This document shows, piece by piece, positions 12,715 to 26,740 of a DNA stretch of 64,000 nt; within the stretch, counting starts at the first letter, position 1; each line of letters starts with the position of its first letter. Position numbers and translations under genes: made by a program. The notes under the pieces were generated by a model. The model had not been told where the DNA came from. It saw nothing but the letters and a program-made list of their open reading frames with translations, and did not search any database. The stretch spans positions 64,179,365 through 64,243,364 of the forward strand of contig NC_068993.1 of the NCBI RefSeq assembly GCF_001194135.2, in the 5' to 3' direction. The DNA is from Octopus bimaculoides. Lineage: Eukaryota.

Positions 12715-13013
12715 TGGAGTTCATAAAATAACCTTTGTTTTGCCGAACCCCTAAGGAACGGCGACGATAAAGCAACAATACCAGCTGTGAAGCAGTGGTG
12801 GTGGAACAAAGGCACACATAAAGACACACACACACACACACACATGTATATATGTACACGACGGGCTTCTTCCAGTTTCCGTCTACCATATCCACTCAAA
12901 AAGCTTTGGTGGGCTCGAGGACATAATAGAAAATACTTGCCCAATCTGTCACACAATGGGACTGTCCCCAGAACCATGTGGTTGAAAGTAAGCTTCTTAC
13001 CATAGAGCCACAC
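12715..13013 (-). mobile_element. Near full-length SINE family A (head + internal microsatellite + partial tail)
   Basis: Reverse complement gives gtgtggctctatggtaagaagcttactttcaaccacatggttctggggacagtccc..ttgggcaagtattttc..ggtagacggaaactggaagaagcccgtcg, then a TA/TG microsatellite, then the tail. Colinear with 40680-41015. Confidence 0.85.
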
Positions 13014-13052
13014 TTGCATTGCATATATGTATATATATATTTGTGTTTGTAG

Positions 13053-13116
<64 letters not shown>

Positions 13117-14547
13117 NNNNNNNNNNNNNNNNNNNNNNNNNNNNNNNNNNNNNNNNNNNNNNNNNNNNNNNNNNNNNNNNNNNNNNNNNNNNNNNNNNNN
13201 NNNNNNNNNNNNNNNNNNNNNNNNNNNNNNNNNNNNNNNNNNNNNNNNNNNNNNNNNNNNNNNNNNNNNNNNNNNNNNNNNNNNNNNNNNNNNNNNNNNN
13301 NNNNNNNNNNNNNNNNNNNNNNNNNNNNNNNNNNNNNNNNNNNNNNNNNNNNNNNNNNNNNNNNNNNNNNNNNNNNNNNNNNNNNNNNNNNNNNNNNNNN
13401 NNNNNNNNNNNNNNNNNNNNNNNNNNNNNNNNNNNNNNNNNNNNNNNNNNNNNNNNNNNNNNNNNNNNNNNNNNNNNNNNNNNNNNNNNNNNNNNNNNNN
13501 NNNNNNNNNNNNNNNNNNNNNNNNNNNNNNNNNNNNNNNNNNNNNNNNNNNNNNNNNNNNNNNNNNNNNNNNNNNNNNNNNNNNNNNNNNNNNNNNNNNN
13601 NNNNNNNNNNNNNNNNNNNNNNNNNNNNNNNNNNNNNNNNNNNNNNNNNNNNNNNNNNNNNNNNNNNNNNNNNNNNNNNNNNNNNNNNNNNNNNNNNNNN
13701 NNNNNNNNNNNNNNNNNNNNNNNNNNNNNNNNNNNNNNNNNNNNNNNNNNNNNNNNNNNNNNNNNNNNNNNNNNNNNNNNNNNNNNNNNNNNNNNNNNNN
13801 NNNNNNNNNNNNNNNNNNNNNNNNNNNNNNNNNNNNNNNNNNNNNNNNNNNNNNNNNNNNNNNNNNNNNNNNNNNNNNNNNNNNNNNNNNNNNNNNNNNN
13901 NNNNNNNNNNNNNNNNNNNNNNNNNNNNNNNNNNATTTGTGTTACGGAATAAGCTGGTTGGTGGAAGGTAGAAATCCGAATTTACAGTAAGATTAATTAC
14001 AGGCACCAGTTACTTGCATCTTTGTTACATTCAAAAAGAATGTAGAATTTTAGGCGTAATCTAAGTGGCTACATGAATATTTGCCTTTGATCTTTTACTG
14101 TGTAATATAAGATAATAGGTAGTCATAGAAGTTTGATTATTGAGGTAAGGGACATAGTTTAAGAAATATAGTTTTGAAAATCAAATCTACTCTGCAGTTT
14201 TGATCTTATTAAATTACATTGGATCTTTTTTTTCTTCTCTCTCTTTGAATGTAGTTGATGCCGCTTTGTAGTTGTTTAGTCGAAGCTCAAAGTTGATCGT
14301 ATAGCCGTATGATGAAAGTAGTCTAACTCTCGCTAAACAATTTCTTTATTCCCAAACTACGGAATAAATTATCAAACGCATACATTCTTCGAGACAGTAG
14401 TGTGTTATCTGAGCAATACATAACTATTATTTCTAGAAGATTCGAAATCATTTTAAATGATCCCATGTTGCGTCTACTAATAACTTGACACGCCAGATTC
14501 ACAATAAAATCTCCCTCAAAACATAATGGACGCTCAACATACGTGTC

Positions 14548-14830
14548 TACGTGGTCTGATCAATAAGTATATACGGACTGTTGCCATAGTAATGAAGCTG
14601 AAGTGCACAGAGTAAAGCCGCTAGACACAGGTTGACCTTGAACTCTGCTATGCATGCACACTAAGCTCACTTCCGCTATTTACAGCAGTGTTTGGAAAGA
14701 AGGTGTGTAGCGTGTGATTGTCGCATTGACCACGACAAAGAAAGTTGAGCAGAGAATCTGCATCAAATCTTACCAAAAGCTTGGTTATACCTGCTCAGCG
14801 GCCTACGCAAAGTTTTCAAAAGGTTTTCAT
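14548..14830 (+). mobile_element. Mariner-type transposon 5' fragment (TIR + start of transposase)
   Basis: TA followed by cgtggtctgatcaataagtat (mariner-like terminal inverted repeat, TIR, from 14550). The downstream frame TTKKVEQRICIKSYQKLGYTCSAAYAK resembles the mariner N-terminal HTH (EQRxxIKFCxKLG). Truncated. Confidence 0.75.
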
Positions 14831-15121
14831 CGTTCTCGAGTCAATCAAGGGTTTCTTGTGCAACTAAGACCCTGGAAGGCACGCATCTCATACTCAAATG
14901 TTCAGTGATAAAGGACTGAACTGAATAGTAACTAATCTGCACATCCTCTCATAACTCACGAATGGTGATTCGACGAGTGTGTGTGTGTGTGTACATATAT
15001 ATGTACATATGTACATATATATGTATATGTAAAGGTTTATATACATGTACGTAAAAATGTATGTATATAAATACATATATGCATTCTTGTACATTCATAC
15101 ATCCACTCAGACACACGCACA

Positions 15122-15187
<66 letters not shown>

Positions 15188-16907
15188 NNNNNNNNNNNNN
15201 NNNNNNNNNNNNNNNNNNNNNNNNNNNNNNNNNNNNNNNNNNNNNNNNNNNNNNNNNNNNNNNNNNNNNNNNNNNNNNNNNNNNNNNNNNNNNNNNNNNN
15301 NNNNNNNNNNNNNNNNNNNNNNNNNNNNNNNNNNNNNNATGAAAATTAAGAACGTAAGAACACCTTTTGAAATACCAAGAAACATACAGAATATTGAGTT
15401 TCATTGATTCACATTCAATTTCGTACACATTTCTAAAGCAATCAGATTTTACACTCTATGACCTGCAGTGTTAATTTACATAATGTCTGAATATATTTCA
15501 GATTTTATAAAAAGCTTAACTTTCGCAATCATATATTGTTTTCTTTGACTATCTTAGAAGTTTAAACACTTTGAAAGAACAACAAAAAGTATAATTTTCC
15601 ATCATCTTCTCTAATTATTACCGTTTACTACCATTTTAATGACAGAATATTTTAAAGGAGGAATTTTAAAAACAAGGTCATTCCATTACATACCGTGTAC
15701 ACCATGCTTCCTTTTACTGTTACCGATTCTGGCAGTCCATTTTATGTGAACGTGATTTTATATCAGTGTGTAAACTTTTAAATATAACACTATGAAATAA
15801 ATTATTTTTTTATCTCCTGTGAGATATGATTGTTAAATTAGATATTTTAATATCTTATTTTAATTTTTGACTGTTTCTTTATAAACTTTTAAGCCCTACA
15901 TATTCGTAAGCTTTTAAACAGCAGCTTGATATGTCTATGCAACTGCAAATCTTACCACAAAAATTACCCCTTCGAAGATGGTGCAGACCTGAACATTAGA
16001 TGTGGAGCATCCGCAGTCTCAGATTCTTCAACTGAAGTTTGGCGATTCCTTGCCTTCTTCATCTGTGCCTGTTCAGAATTTCTTCGTTAGCACCTTTACC
16101 ATTGTCAACCAACCTGCGTGACAGAAGCCGTACTAGCTCAAGCGTAGCAAAAGTAAGCAAAGAGGAAAAGGACACTTAAAGTTTACCTCAGTGATATTTA
16201 TTCAAGCCTTGGTTCTTATTGAAAATTGTGTTGTTTTAACAAAATTGGCTCCCAAAGATATCTTAGTGCCAAGCCTCATGTATGTGTGTATGTATGTATG
16301 TATGTATGTATGTATGTATGTGTGCATGCATGCATGAATTCATTGATGAATGGACGGATGAATGCGTATATGAATGAATGCATATCTATGTGTATGAGCG
16401 TATGAATGAATGCACACATACATTCGCATATCTAATCTCAATAAGCCTCTTACTTTATGTATGTGCTGGGGACTTCCATTCTGCACATTGAGGTGGTGAT
16501 ATGAAATATTCTGACATTTAGTATAAACCTTGAATTTTTAATTTTTCAAAATTATTCCTTAGACATTCTAATAAATGTTACAGGTGAACAAATTTAGTTT
16601 TAGTTGTTTCCAAGATTAAATATGAAAGTTCGTTGACGTAATTATAATTCTTAATACACGCAACGAAAAATAAGTTTATCCAAAATATCAAATGTTTTTG
16701 CATGTGTCACAACAATTTGACTTCAACAAATGGTTTTGTACTTATTGAAACAATTTAACATCAACAAAATACTTTCTAAAAGACAATGTCATTATCTCAT
16801 GTGTGGCATGAGAAGGCATACTTGTTGCTAAATTAAACAGTCGATTTCTAAGGTTAATTTTAAAGTATTTAATGCAGATGACTTCAAATCCAATATTCTC
16901 AAATGGT

Positions 16908-17462
16908 TAGGCAGACAACTCATTGAACTCTAATATTTTAATTATTTCTGGCAACCCTCTCAAATAGCTCTTCATTGCCGTTGACTTGTTCACACGCTTC
17001 AACAATTCTTTGAAGATGTCCTTGGTCATGAATCTTTTCAGAATACACAAGGGATTTAATGTAGCCCCAAAAGAAAAAAGACCATGGGAGTTAAATCTGG
17101 TGACCGAGGTGTCCATTCAATTGGCCTGGGAGGCCGGAGCCATCTCCCTGGAAAATGTTCATTTAGAAAATCACGAATCTGTAATGCATAATGAGACGGA
17201 GGCCCATCCTCCAGAAATCAGAGAGGATTTCCCCCCTCCAAGTGAAGGCATGTGAGGCATCATCTTGTTGCCAAACACGTCCAGATACGAATCACCTGTC
17301 ACACAGCTCTCAAAACAAAATGGTCCCATTACTTGAATGTGCCAAATACCACACCACACCATTACCTTGCCTCTGCCTTCCTGGTTGTCTGCCTCCATCC
17401 AATGAGGATTGGTTTGTGAGTAATATCGGCAGGATGGTGCGTGACTTTATGGCCACCCTGTA
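16908..17462 (-). mobile_element. Tc1/mariner-superfamily transposase pseudogene, DD41D (rosa-type) spacing, internally deleted
   Basis: Minus-strand peptides RYYSQTNPHW..GKVMVWCGIW..MGPFCF..VTGDSYL and (frameshift) EDGPPSHYALQIRDFLNEHFPGRWLRPPRPIEWTPRSPDLTPMVFF..GYIKSLVY. There are 41 residues between the second D and the third catalytic position, which here is V (D->V). TIR-like TA-CAGGGTGGCCATAAAGTC at 17462-17443. Confidence 0.9.
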
Positions 17463-17989
17463 TATAATGCTTGGATCAGTTAAGTCCTTGATCACGCATT
17501 TGTTTGGAATCTCTATGCACGTGAAAGTTGAGGAATGTTTAGGCGATGGATAAATGCGTTTGGGGGAGTGTTATTCAAAAAACCCCGCTATTTATTGATT
17601 TCAGTTTATAATAAACAAATGGCATGCTTTTTTCTGGGGCGGGGAGGAGGCAAACAACAAATGATTTCTTGTTGGTCGTTTTAATGACAAGTGAGTCCGA
17701 GAAATGTGTTGCTGTTTATTAATTTCAATCAATTGTTGATTTTTATCTGGGGATGTCATTAAACGCTTGATTTATTTTTTTCAAGTGATGTGAATTTCTT
17801 TTGCACCTGTAGGCATATTTCGTGCGTAGCTGTGTGGATGCGTTTGTGCAGTGTGTTTGTTTGGCTGATTGTGGTGACTGTTTAAAATTTTTCTTCAGTA
17901 ATTTGTTTTAGTAAGAGTACATCATTAATATCCGGTGCTGACTCGGTTTGTTTCTTATGGAAAAATATTTTGTAATAAAATTTTCCGTG

Positions 17990-18600
17990 TTTCTATATAT
18001 TGAAGCTTATGCGTGTAAATTTAGAATAAACATTTCGAGAAAATATTTCTTCATTTCCTACTAGAACTTTTCATCATTCCTTGAGCATTTGTAGAATAGG
18101 AATATTTGTCGAATCCTCAGATTTCTAGATGTTCTTTCAATGAAAAATTTGATTAATCTACTGTTTTTAGTTTTGCTCGTTCACAAACGGAGTTTTCAGT
18201 CTGACTGTTGTAATTTTCATTGCTATTAAAAGCCGCTTATGCATTAAAATATATTTCTTCTTTTGCAGATCATGCTTTACACGTTTGGGGAAAAAAATCC
18301 ATCTTAAATTTTATATTTCAAGTATTTGAAATCGTTAATGAATATGCCACACCTTTTTCTCCACTAGCTTTTGCAAAAAGTTCCAACTTTTCCCCTAACA
18401 TTAATTCTGCCCATGTGAAGAGGGTTTCTTAAATTTTTTTATTTCATCTTTTGAGACTTTGAAATAGATTTGGTAGAATTGCTTCTGTGGTGCTGAATAT
18501 ATTCGTCACTCCTGGATCATGTATAGTAACAAACGGAATCATATTCTCAAATTTGTTCTACGTGTCGTCAGTAGTGAAATATCCAATCGCTTTGCGTTTT
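17990..18600 (-). mobile_element. Penelope-like element (PLE) remnant, linker and GIY-YIG region
   Basis: Broken minus-strand frames give IPFVTIHDPGVTNIFS..ILPNL, ..RKRCGI.., NENYNSQTENSVCERA and IFLFYKC..EMKKYFLEMF. These fit, in order, the PLE pattern IPFVTTHNP..KC..CG..YIGQT..LR.R..IFPFYK..E..FI. Many stops. Confidence 0.65.
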
Positions 18601-18800
18601 AAAGTTCATATGCAAGTGGTAATCTTAAAGTTACTGATAACATTTTAAGTTCAAATCGAATTTATAATAAATTTCGTCAATCACTATTGCAGAAATAAGG
18701 TATGACGTTGTATATGGTATATTTAGATTGATGTGTAATAATAGCAAGAATAAAAAGTTCAGTAACCGGTCAGACATACACACACACACATACATATACG

Positions 18801-19917
<1,117 letters not shown>

Positions 19918-20749
19918 ATACACAAGTTTAAGCGCTTTTAAGTGTACAACATTTGTTTACATGACACGTTCTGTGCATAAATATAAAATATAAACATACG
20001 CTTCAACACATACATTTATAATGTTTAAAAAATTTTAAATATAAAACATTTTAAACATTTTCAAGGATTGATTCTTTACAAATTAGAAAACCTGTTAAAT
20101 AGTGATGGTAATCTGTCATTGACTTGAATAGGATTAATTAACTAAATTAACTAAATTGTGTTTGATGCTCATATTAAATTTTGCAATAAAAACAACTTGA
20201 CGTACAATATTTTATTTATTTATTTGTTTGTATGGGATTATGATTAAAACCTTAATGAATGACAATTTTAAGTGGCAATTTTAAATGTTAAATGATAACT
20301 GATAAATTTTAAATAATTTACCCTGAGCTATAAACTAACATCTTTCAGGAAGAAACGACGGTACAGCAGAACGTGACCAGTTAAAGCATTTCTTCATTGC
20401 TTTAAATATATTTTTCAGATATATAAAGGGAGTAAGGTAGATGTGAGGTATGATAAACAGTCAAAATAAGAAAGAATGACTGGTGCTTTTATCAGGTGGG
20501 ATCAGGTGGGCTTAAAATTGACTATTTAAGTAAAGTAGAAGTTATCACAACCAAACACATGTGAGAGCAATTCATTGTGGAATATTTTGCTGAGTGACGC
20601 GTTCTGATGGGTGTATGCGTAGCAGAACATTGTCTTAGATATTTTATTTCTAAATCAATACAAGTCGAACTCCGATAACTATTGATTTTTAAAGAATTTC
20701 TCAGTATTTCCAGTGCAGTGATGGCAGTATTTTACATATTCATAGATGA

Positions 20750-21120
20750 TGACTTCCGCATCTTGTCAGATGATAGCCGTTTCACATTCAGCCTGATGGG
20801 TCTCATTTACTTTCACCTTTATATGTGCGCAGGTATGACATTTTACGTCACTCATCCATCACCATTGGACTTTATAAAATCCAAGACGGATCAAGAAACG
20901 AAATGATATCGAGACATCCGTATGAAATTAAATTTGTCACAAAAGCTTGTACAACGTTTATGCCAGACTCTCGGTCGCCATATTATGTTGCAGCGAGAAA
21001 CATTTCGAGATGGCTGGTACTCTTTTCACGGCAAAATTTATGTCAATATATCCAGAAGAGCTGCCTTACTCACGGCTTTGTCAGAAACAAGAAAAGGCTC
21101 TGCCACCCCTGGAAAATCTA
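20750..21120 (+). mobile_element. Highly degenerate Tc1-like transposase fossil
   Basis: ILSDDSRFTF plus agcctgatggg (GPDG-like, needing a frameshift) resembles FSDESRF..PDG. FMPDSRSPYYVAAR..RWL resembles FxxDxAxPH..WL. Similarity is weak. Confidence 0.35.
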
Positions 21121-21429
21121 ATGAAATCACAGACACGAATATATGCATATGTATATATANNNNNNNNNNNNNNNNNNNNNNNNNNNNNNNNNNNNNNNNN
21201 NNNNNNNNNNNNNNNNNNNNNNNNNNNNNNNNNNNNNNNNNNNNNNNNNNNNNNNNNNNNNNNTATATATATATATATATATATATATGCATACATATTT
21301 ATTTATTTAGGTATGTGTATATGCATATGCTTAAAAATGTAGTGCGTTGTGTTTATCATATGAAAGCGCATACATGTTCTGATAAACAATCTTTGGAAAC
21401 TTATCTCTACACATGATATCAATTTAACC

Positions 21430-21640
21430 ATTTTAAATGATCGCTCTCAAAAATTAAGTAAAGAAACAGGGAAAATATTCCAGTATCCTTGTCCGATGCC
21501 GGATCGTTCCCAAAATCTAATCAGTTCATGCCAGTCACAAGCTCAAACATCCCTGAAAGTTTCATATGAATTCATCCAGAAGTGTTTGAGATATCTTGTC
21601 CTCGGACAAACAAACAAACGAACAAACACGACTGAAAACA
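21430..21640 (+). repeat. Fragment of a dispersed non-autonomous DNA-type repeat with (AAAC)n
   Basis: aaatctaatcagttc..ccctgaaagtttcatatgaattc..ttgagatatcttg..gacaaacaaacaaacg..gaaaaca resembles a widespread metazoan non-autonomous repeat family (recalled, not searched). Confidence 0.45.
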
Positions 21641-23688
21641 ATTCGCAAAGCAGAGGTAATAAAAGCAAACTTTAAGTATAGAATAATTATTATATATCAA
21701 CTGATTTTGCTGGAATGTTCGACAAAAATTGACAAGATCAGTTTCAAATTTCAAAGAAAAATCAGTGATCTCAAGAAACAAATAGTTATTTCTTTAACAA
21801 TTTGAAGTTACACTTGATGGCATGAATGGAAATGGTAGCAATAGCTATTAGGCGACATTAAAACTTTGGTCGGTAAACAAGGATAAGAAGAGGAATCGAA
21901 ACAACTAAGAAATTGAAAACGGTAAAATGAAAGTATATATTTTCAAATCTAAAATAACATGTACGCGTGTATTGTTTGAATATTGCATTTATATCTTCGA
22001 ATAGCTTTCTGATTTAATACCCATTCGAAAGGCTGGTGGTTTATGTTTATTACCAACGAATAGTTTGTGCCAAATTGTGTAGCTCTCTCTTATCGATACT
22101 AAAATTTGGTTCAATATTTCAAGAACGCAGTATTCTATACAATTCAATTAAATTTATATCCCATGTGTTTTGCCATTTTCCATCATATAATATATATATA
22201 TATANNNNNNNNNNNNNNNNNNNNNNNNNNNNNNNNNNNNNNNNNNNNNNNNNNNNNNNNNNNNNNNNNNNNNNNNNNNNNNNNNNNNNNNNNNNNNNNN
22301 NNNNNNNNNNNNNNNNNNNNNNNNNNNNNNNNNNNNNNNNNNNNNNNNNNNNNNNNNNNNNNNNNNNNNNNNNNNNNNNNNNNNGTGTGTGTGTGTGTGT
22401 GTGTGTGTGTGTGCATGTATGTATGTATGTATATTCATATATACATACACTCTCACACACACATACATATATGAGTGTATATATGTAAGTGCATGTGTAT
22501 ATGTATGCACATATAAAGTAACCATGAAAATGTCACTGGTGCATACACAATGCAATAAAACTCCATGCGGCATGTTTTATGTAATCTTATTCTTTAAGTT
22601 TTAATAGAAGATTTTCAACAAGTATTGTTTCACGCTCTGTTCTTTCTCAGTTATTTTTGAGAACATGGTAAAATGAAAAGGCGATATATTAATGGAACTC
22701 AATTGCTCACCATTCTCTTTTTATTGAAATTTATTTTCCATTTTGATTTTGTTTCCCCGTCTTCTGTAGTTTTACTAAAATCTGAAATAATTCTGTCAGA
22801 TTATGATTATATATGATACTGTCAAATTAATTCAACAAATCAATGGTTTTTGAGAAAAAATCAGCAAGACAAAGAAAAGAGAAAATATTCAATGAAATAC
22901 TCTTACATCGTAAATTTCTGTACAATCAATAATAGAGAATATAAACATAATTGCTTTCTGTTAAGCCTTATATATTGAAATACACATGATAATATTTTAT
23001 CAATTCTAAATCATTAATTAGAAAGTTTATATATTCCTCCCTTGTAAATAAAATTGAAGAATCAAATAACTAAAAGTATATTGATTTTCCTTTTAAATTT
23101 TTGCCAACCAAATCCTTTAATCGATTGTAAGAGATGGCAAGTGAGTGTTCACTTGGATCTTTTTTCTTCTTGTTAAATAATATAAAATATTATTGAATAT
23201 TCTCATAAAATTATTGATGACATCATCATTTTAAATCTAATTGATGACATTTTAAGTAAAATAGAAAGATCTTATCCATACTTTAGACATTTGAGGAACC
23301 ATCATGCAAGCCTCTATGCAGTTCTTTGACCAACGAGAGAAATGTTAAATAAATATACCTTAAATAACACGCCCAACTTCTTAAATACCTATGAAGACAC
23401 ATTGAATAATAAACACTAGTGTGCAATTAAGAATACGGGATGGTCACGACTGTAATACTCTTCTTCTTGAGCTTGCTGTCTTATTTTAGGCTGAAAACTA
23501 GCATCTACATGTATCCGATATTTCTTCAAGTTAAATGTAGAAAAGAAAATCAACGTTTTAAAAGTATTCTTTTTAAAGACTTAATGCAAGAAGAGTTTCA
23601 TACTCATTGCGCAACATGTGGTCAGTGTTCCTAGCACAGAGATGGATATGAAGTGATGTGGATATTGAAATCGGAATGAACACAGCTA

Positions 23689-23952
23689 AAAGCAATCAGA
23701 ATGATCAAGTTAAGCATTCAGGAGGTCGAGTTAAGCAATCAGATGGTCAAGGTAAGCAATCAGGTGGTCAAGTTAAGCAACCAGGTGGTCAAGTTAAGTA
23801 ATCAGGTGGTTACCTAGGCAAGCAATCAGGTGGTTACGTTAAGCAATCAGGTGGTCAAGTTAAGCAATCAGAGTAATGAAGTTAAGCAATCAGGTGGTTA
23901 CCTAGATAAGCAATCAGGTGGTCAAGGTAAGCAATCAGGAGGTCGAGTTAAG
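23689..23952. repeat. 21-bp minisatellite, ~12 units, consensus GTTAAGCAATCAGGTGGTCAA
   Basis: Units read directly: mostly 21 bp, two 24-bp variants (..GGTTACCTA) and 22-bp variants. Confidence 0.97.
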
Positions 23953-24439
23953 TCGGATTAAGTTTACCATACAAAAATATGAATTGCTCCCACTACCGGG
24001 CTTCGACGTTCTTTCCGTTAAACAAATTTCACAAATATTAGCACATGGCTATACAGTTGCTGACTGCATGGGTTCCACTTAACATTATATAATAACATAT
24101 CTGTTATGTACCACTCATTGTAGCTGCGAAGATATTGCCCGACATAGTTCGAGTACATTGCTGCATTCTTGTGTAAACTAGCGAACTGCTATTAATCATT
24201 GATCTTTAATACGTCCTTTGGCGGTTTAGAGCGTTAAACTTGTAGTCTAATTGTTGACTTATGTATAACGTGTCCATATATGATGAACAAATTAATGAAC
24301 CAAATAAATGCAATTATTTTTCCCTAGAAATCAAAAGCCAGGCACTCACTCTAAATTGATTTCAAGCATTGAGGCTATGCCTCAGATTTGAAGAAATCGT
24401 GCAGTGGCTTCAAGCAGCAGCAGTAAAGGACTGCTGCTT

Positions 24440-24505
24440 ACTTTATCGATCTTGAAATATAAAAGCTAAAATGGACCCCCATGCCATGTGAACTCATAAC
24501 ATAAA
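24440..24505 (-). mobile_element. Degenerate fragment of SINE family C
   Basis: ttactttatcgatcttgaaatataaaagctaaaatggaccccc..tgaactcataac resembles the reverse-strand core and B box at 36340-36405. Confidence 0.45.
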
Positions 24506-25429
24506 TATTATGATGAGATAACATACGACGTCTGACTAATACTCGGTCAATCCCAGCAACCCATCTTCCCATACATGATGCATATATCTGCTACATTACA
24601 TATATTTTGAAAGAAACGAAATAGTCTGGTGAATTATGTAATATATGCTTAGGATTGGTCTATTTACTGGAGGTGTTTATATGAAATAACCATTGCTTTA
24701 AGCTCAAGAATAATAACAAATTAAGTCTAATTAGTTTCAGAGACGTATAATTCGCGGGCAACCCGTTATTACTGAAGAAGTAAACTTCCTAAATAATTTC
24801 ACGATGGAATGCGATAAACTTACATTGTCTTTCAACACGCAATTAATAACAGGTTCCTTTATTCCTAAACAAAAGATAACCCAAACCCGCCCTCTATTTC
24901 TAAGCAATTCCGAATCACTGATACGGTTATCATAAGAAATTCTATCCTCATGTCAAATGGAATACAATTTCATACAAATAACAGGTTTCTTCGGATAAAT
25001 TGTCTTGTAATTCATGATTCATAACCATTTTCCAGTGACGCTAGAAATGTTTACATTTAAGTAGGGAACATTCACGAAAAAGCACTTTTAAACTCATTGA
25101 AAAAGAAAGCTACATATGTTACGAGAAAGTTTAGGATTTACTTTGTATATTTAAAGTTAACCCTGGTGATGCGAAAAGTAATTATCTCTGGATAAAACGG
25201 ACATGCGTGTTGAGGACCAGCATTTTAATTGAATGAAAATAGAATGCAGGGGGAGGTTTGATACTTAGCAGCATCATGGTGAATCTGGATGTTTTGTTGT
25301 TGTTAGATTTCATCGGCAAAGCATAGTTTAGCTAAGGCAATAAAATCCTAGAAGGACTGGAGAAATTTAAGATATTTTTTTATTTTGTTAATGAAGAACA
25401 TCATTACAGAGTGGGACAGAATGCTTTTG

Positions 25430-25505
25430 AAGTATGGCTTCTGTGCTCTGCCTTCTTTCTGAGTTCAAACTCTGGGGAGGTCAAACTTTGGGAACGTTAA
25501 ATAAA
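25430..25505 (+). mobile_element. Degenerate fragment of SINE family C
   Basis: ttctgagttcaaactctggggaggtcaaactttg aligns to 45282-45315 (tctgagttcaatttccgccgagatggactttg). Confidence 0.5.
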
Positions 25506-26318
25506 ATAGCAGCCAATCGTATCTTTCCTCTCTTAGTTTCAAATTTCGTCAGTGCTCAGATATGGACACCCGACGTTGCCACATGTGCCGATAGCGCTCC
25601 TACGTCTCCACCAGAATTTAAACTGCAATCTAAAGCATGAATGGAGTAAAAGAATTCTGGAACACATGCAACAATTTATTTGTCCCCCCCCCCCGCTGAT
25701 AATAGGAATATATGGAGATAACAGAAATGGTGGACCATTTGATTACAATATGGTCGATCGTCCAAATGTAAATGTAAATTTCAAGGTAGCGTTATAAGAG
25801 ATATTAACTATATTATTTCAAAATATAGATTGTGAAAGGAAACGATGTTACATAGAGAAATAGATTTTGGAACCAATCAAAAATTTATTAGATGCTCAAA
25901 CAGAGGACATAATAACTCCTGCTTGTTGAAGTATATCAGAGTTTTTAAATCTAAAAAAGATAGAAGCCATTTGTGGAGTCAGCCATGCTGACACGGTATT
26001 GAGACATAGTGGAGTTATTGTAACAACCAGGAAGGAACAAAGCTTATAGTTTAGTAATAACATTAGACATACAGAGCGTAATGACTATGCTTTTGACTTG
26101 GCTTACATCCAATAAAAAGAAATGCTAATCTTTATCGAACACAAAAAAGCGGACCTATCTTCTCCCAACTTTTTATTCAATCAATTTCGCCGTTTTTTCC
26201 TTCTTAAAACTAATATAAAAATACGAAAAAAAACTGACATTAATATCCTTCACTAATTCTCTAATCTAATCTCCATGCATATCTACACACATATGTATGT
26301 AAATATGTATATTATATG

Positions 26319-26365
<47 letters not shown>

Positions 26366-26375
26366 TTATATATAT

Positions 26376-26409
<34 letters not shown>

Positions 26410-26651
26410 ATGCATACACATACATTTGTGTGTGTGCCTACGTGTAATTGTGTGTATGTATGTGTTTGTGTGCGCGTGTGTACGTAGAGTAAGTATTATT
26501 CTTTAAGCAATTCATTTATTTTTCCCTGAAAATTTTCCAAATTGTACCAATGGTACACATAAATGCATGCGTATCTTCCCGATAAACACTAACATCTATC
26601 TATCTATCTATGCCTGTCTATCTATCTATTTATCTATAAGTTTCCGTGTGT

Positions 26652-26740
26652 GATAGAGAGAGAGTGTGTGTGCGAGAGAGAGAGTGTGTGCGAGAGAGAG
26701 AGTGTGTGCGAGAGAGAGAGTGTGTGCGAGAGAGAGAGAG
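26652..26740. repeat. Higher-order 16-bp repeat (GAGAGAGAGTGTGTGC) x4-5
   Basis: Seen directly; source of the LSLAHT and SRTHSL pseudo-peptides. Confidence 0.9.

Noticed and set aside
16578-17811. TACAGGTG inverted pair as the TIRs of a 1.2-kb Tc1 element
   Set aside because: Only 8 bp match, and the sequence between 17463 and 17811 shows no transposase similarity; a better TIR lies at 17443-17462.
23689-23952. CRISPR-like array
   Set aside because: Units are contiguous with no unique spacers, there are no cas genes and the context is eukaryotic; it is a minisatellite.
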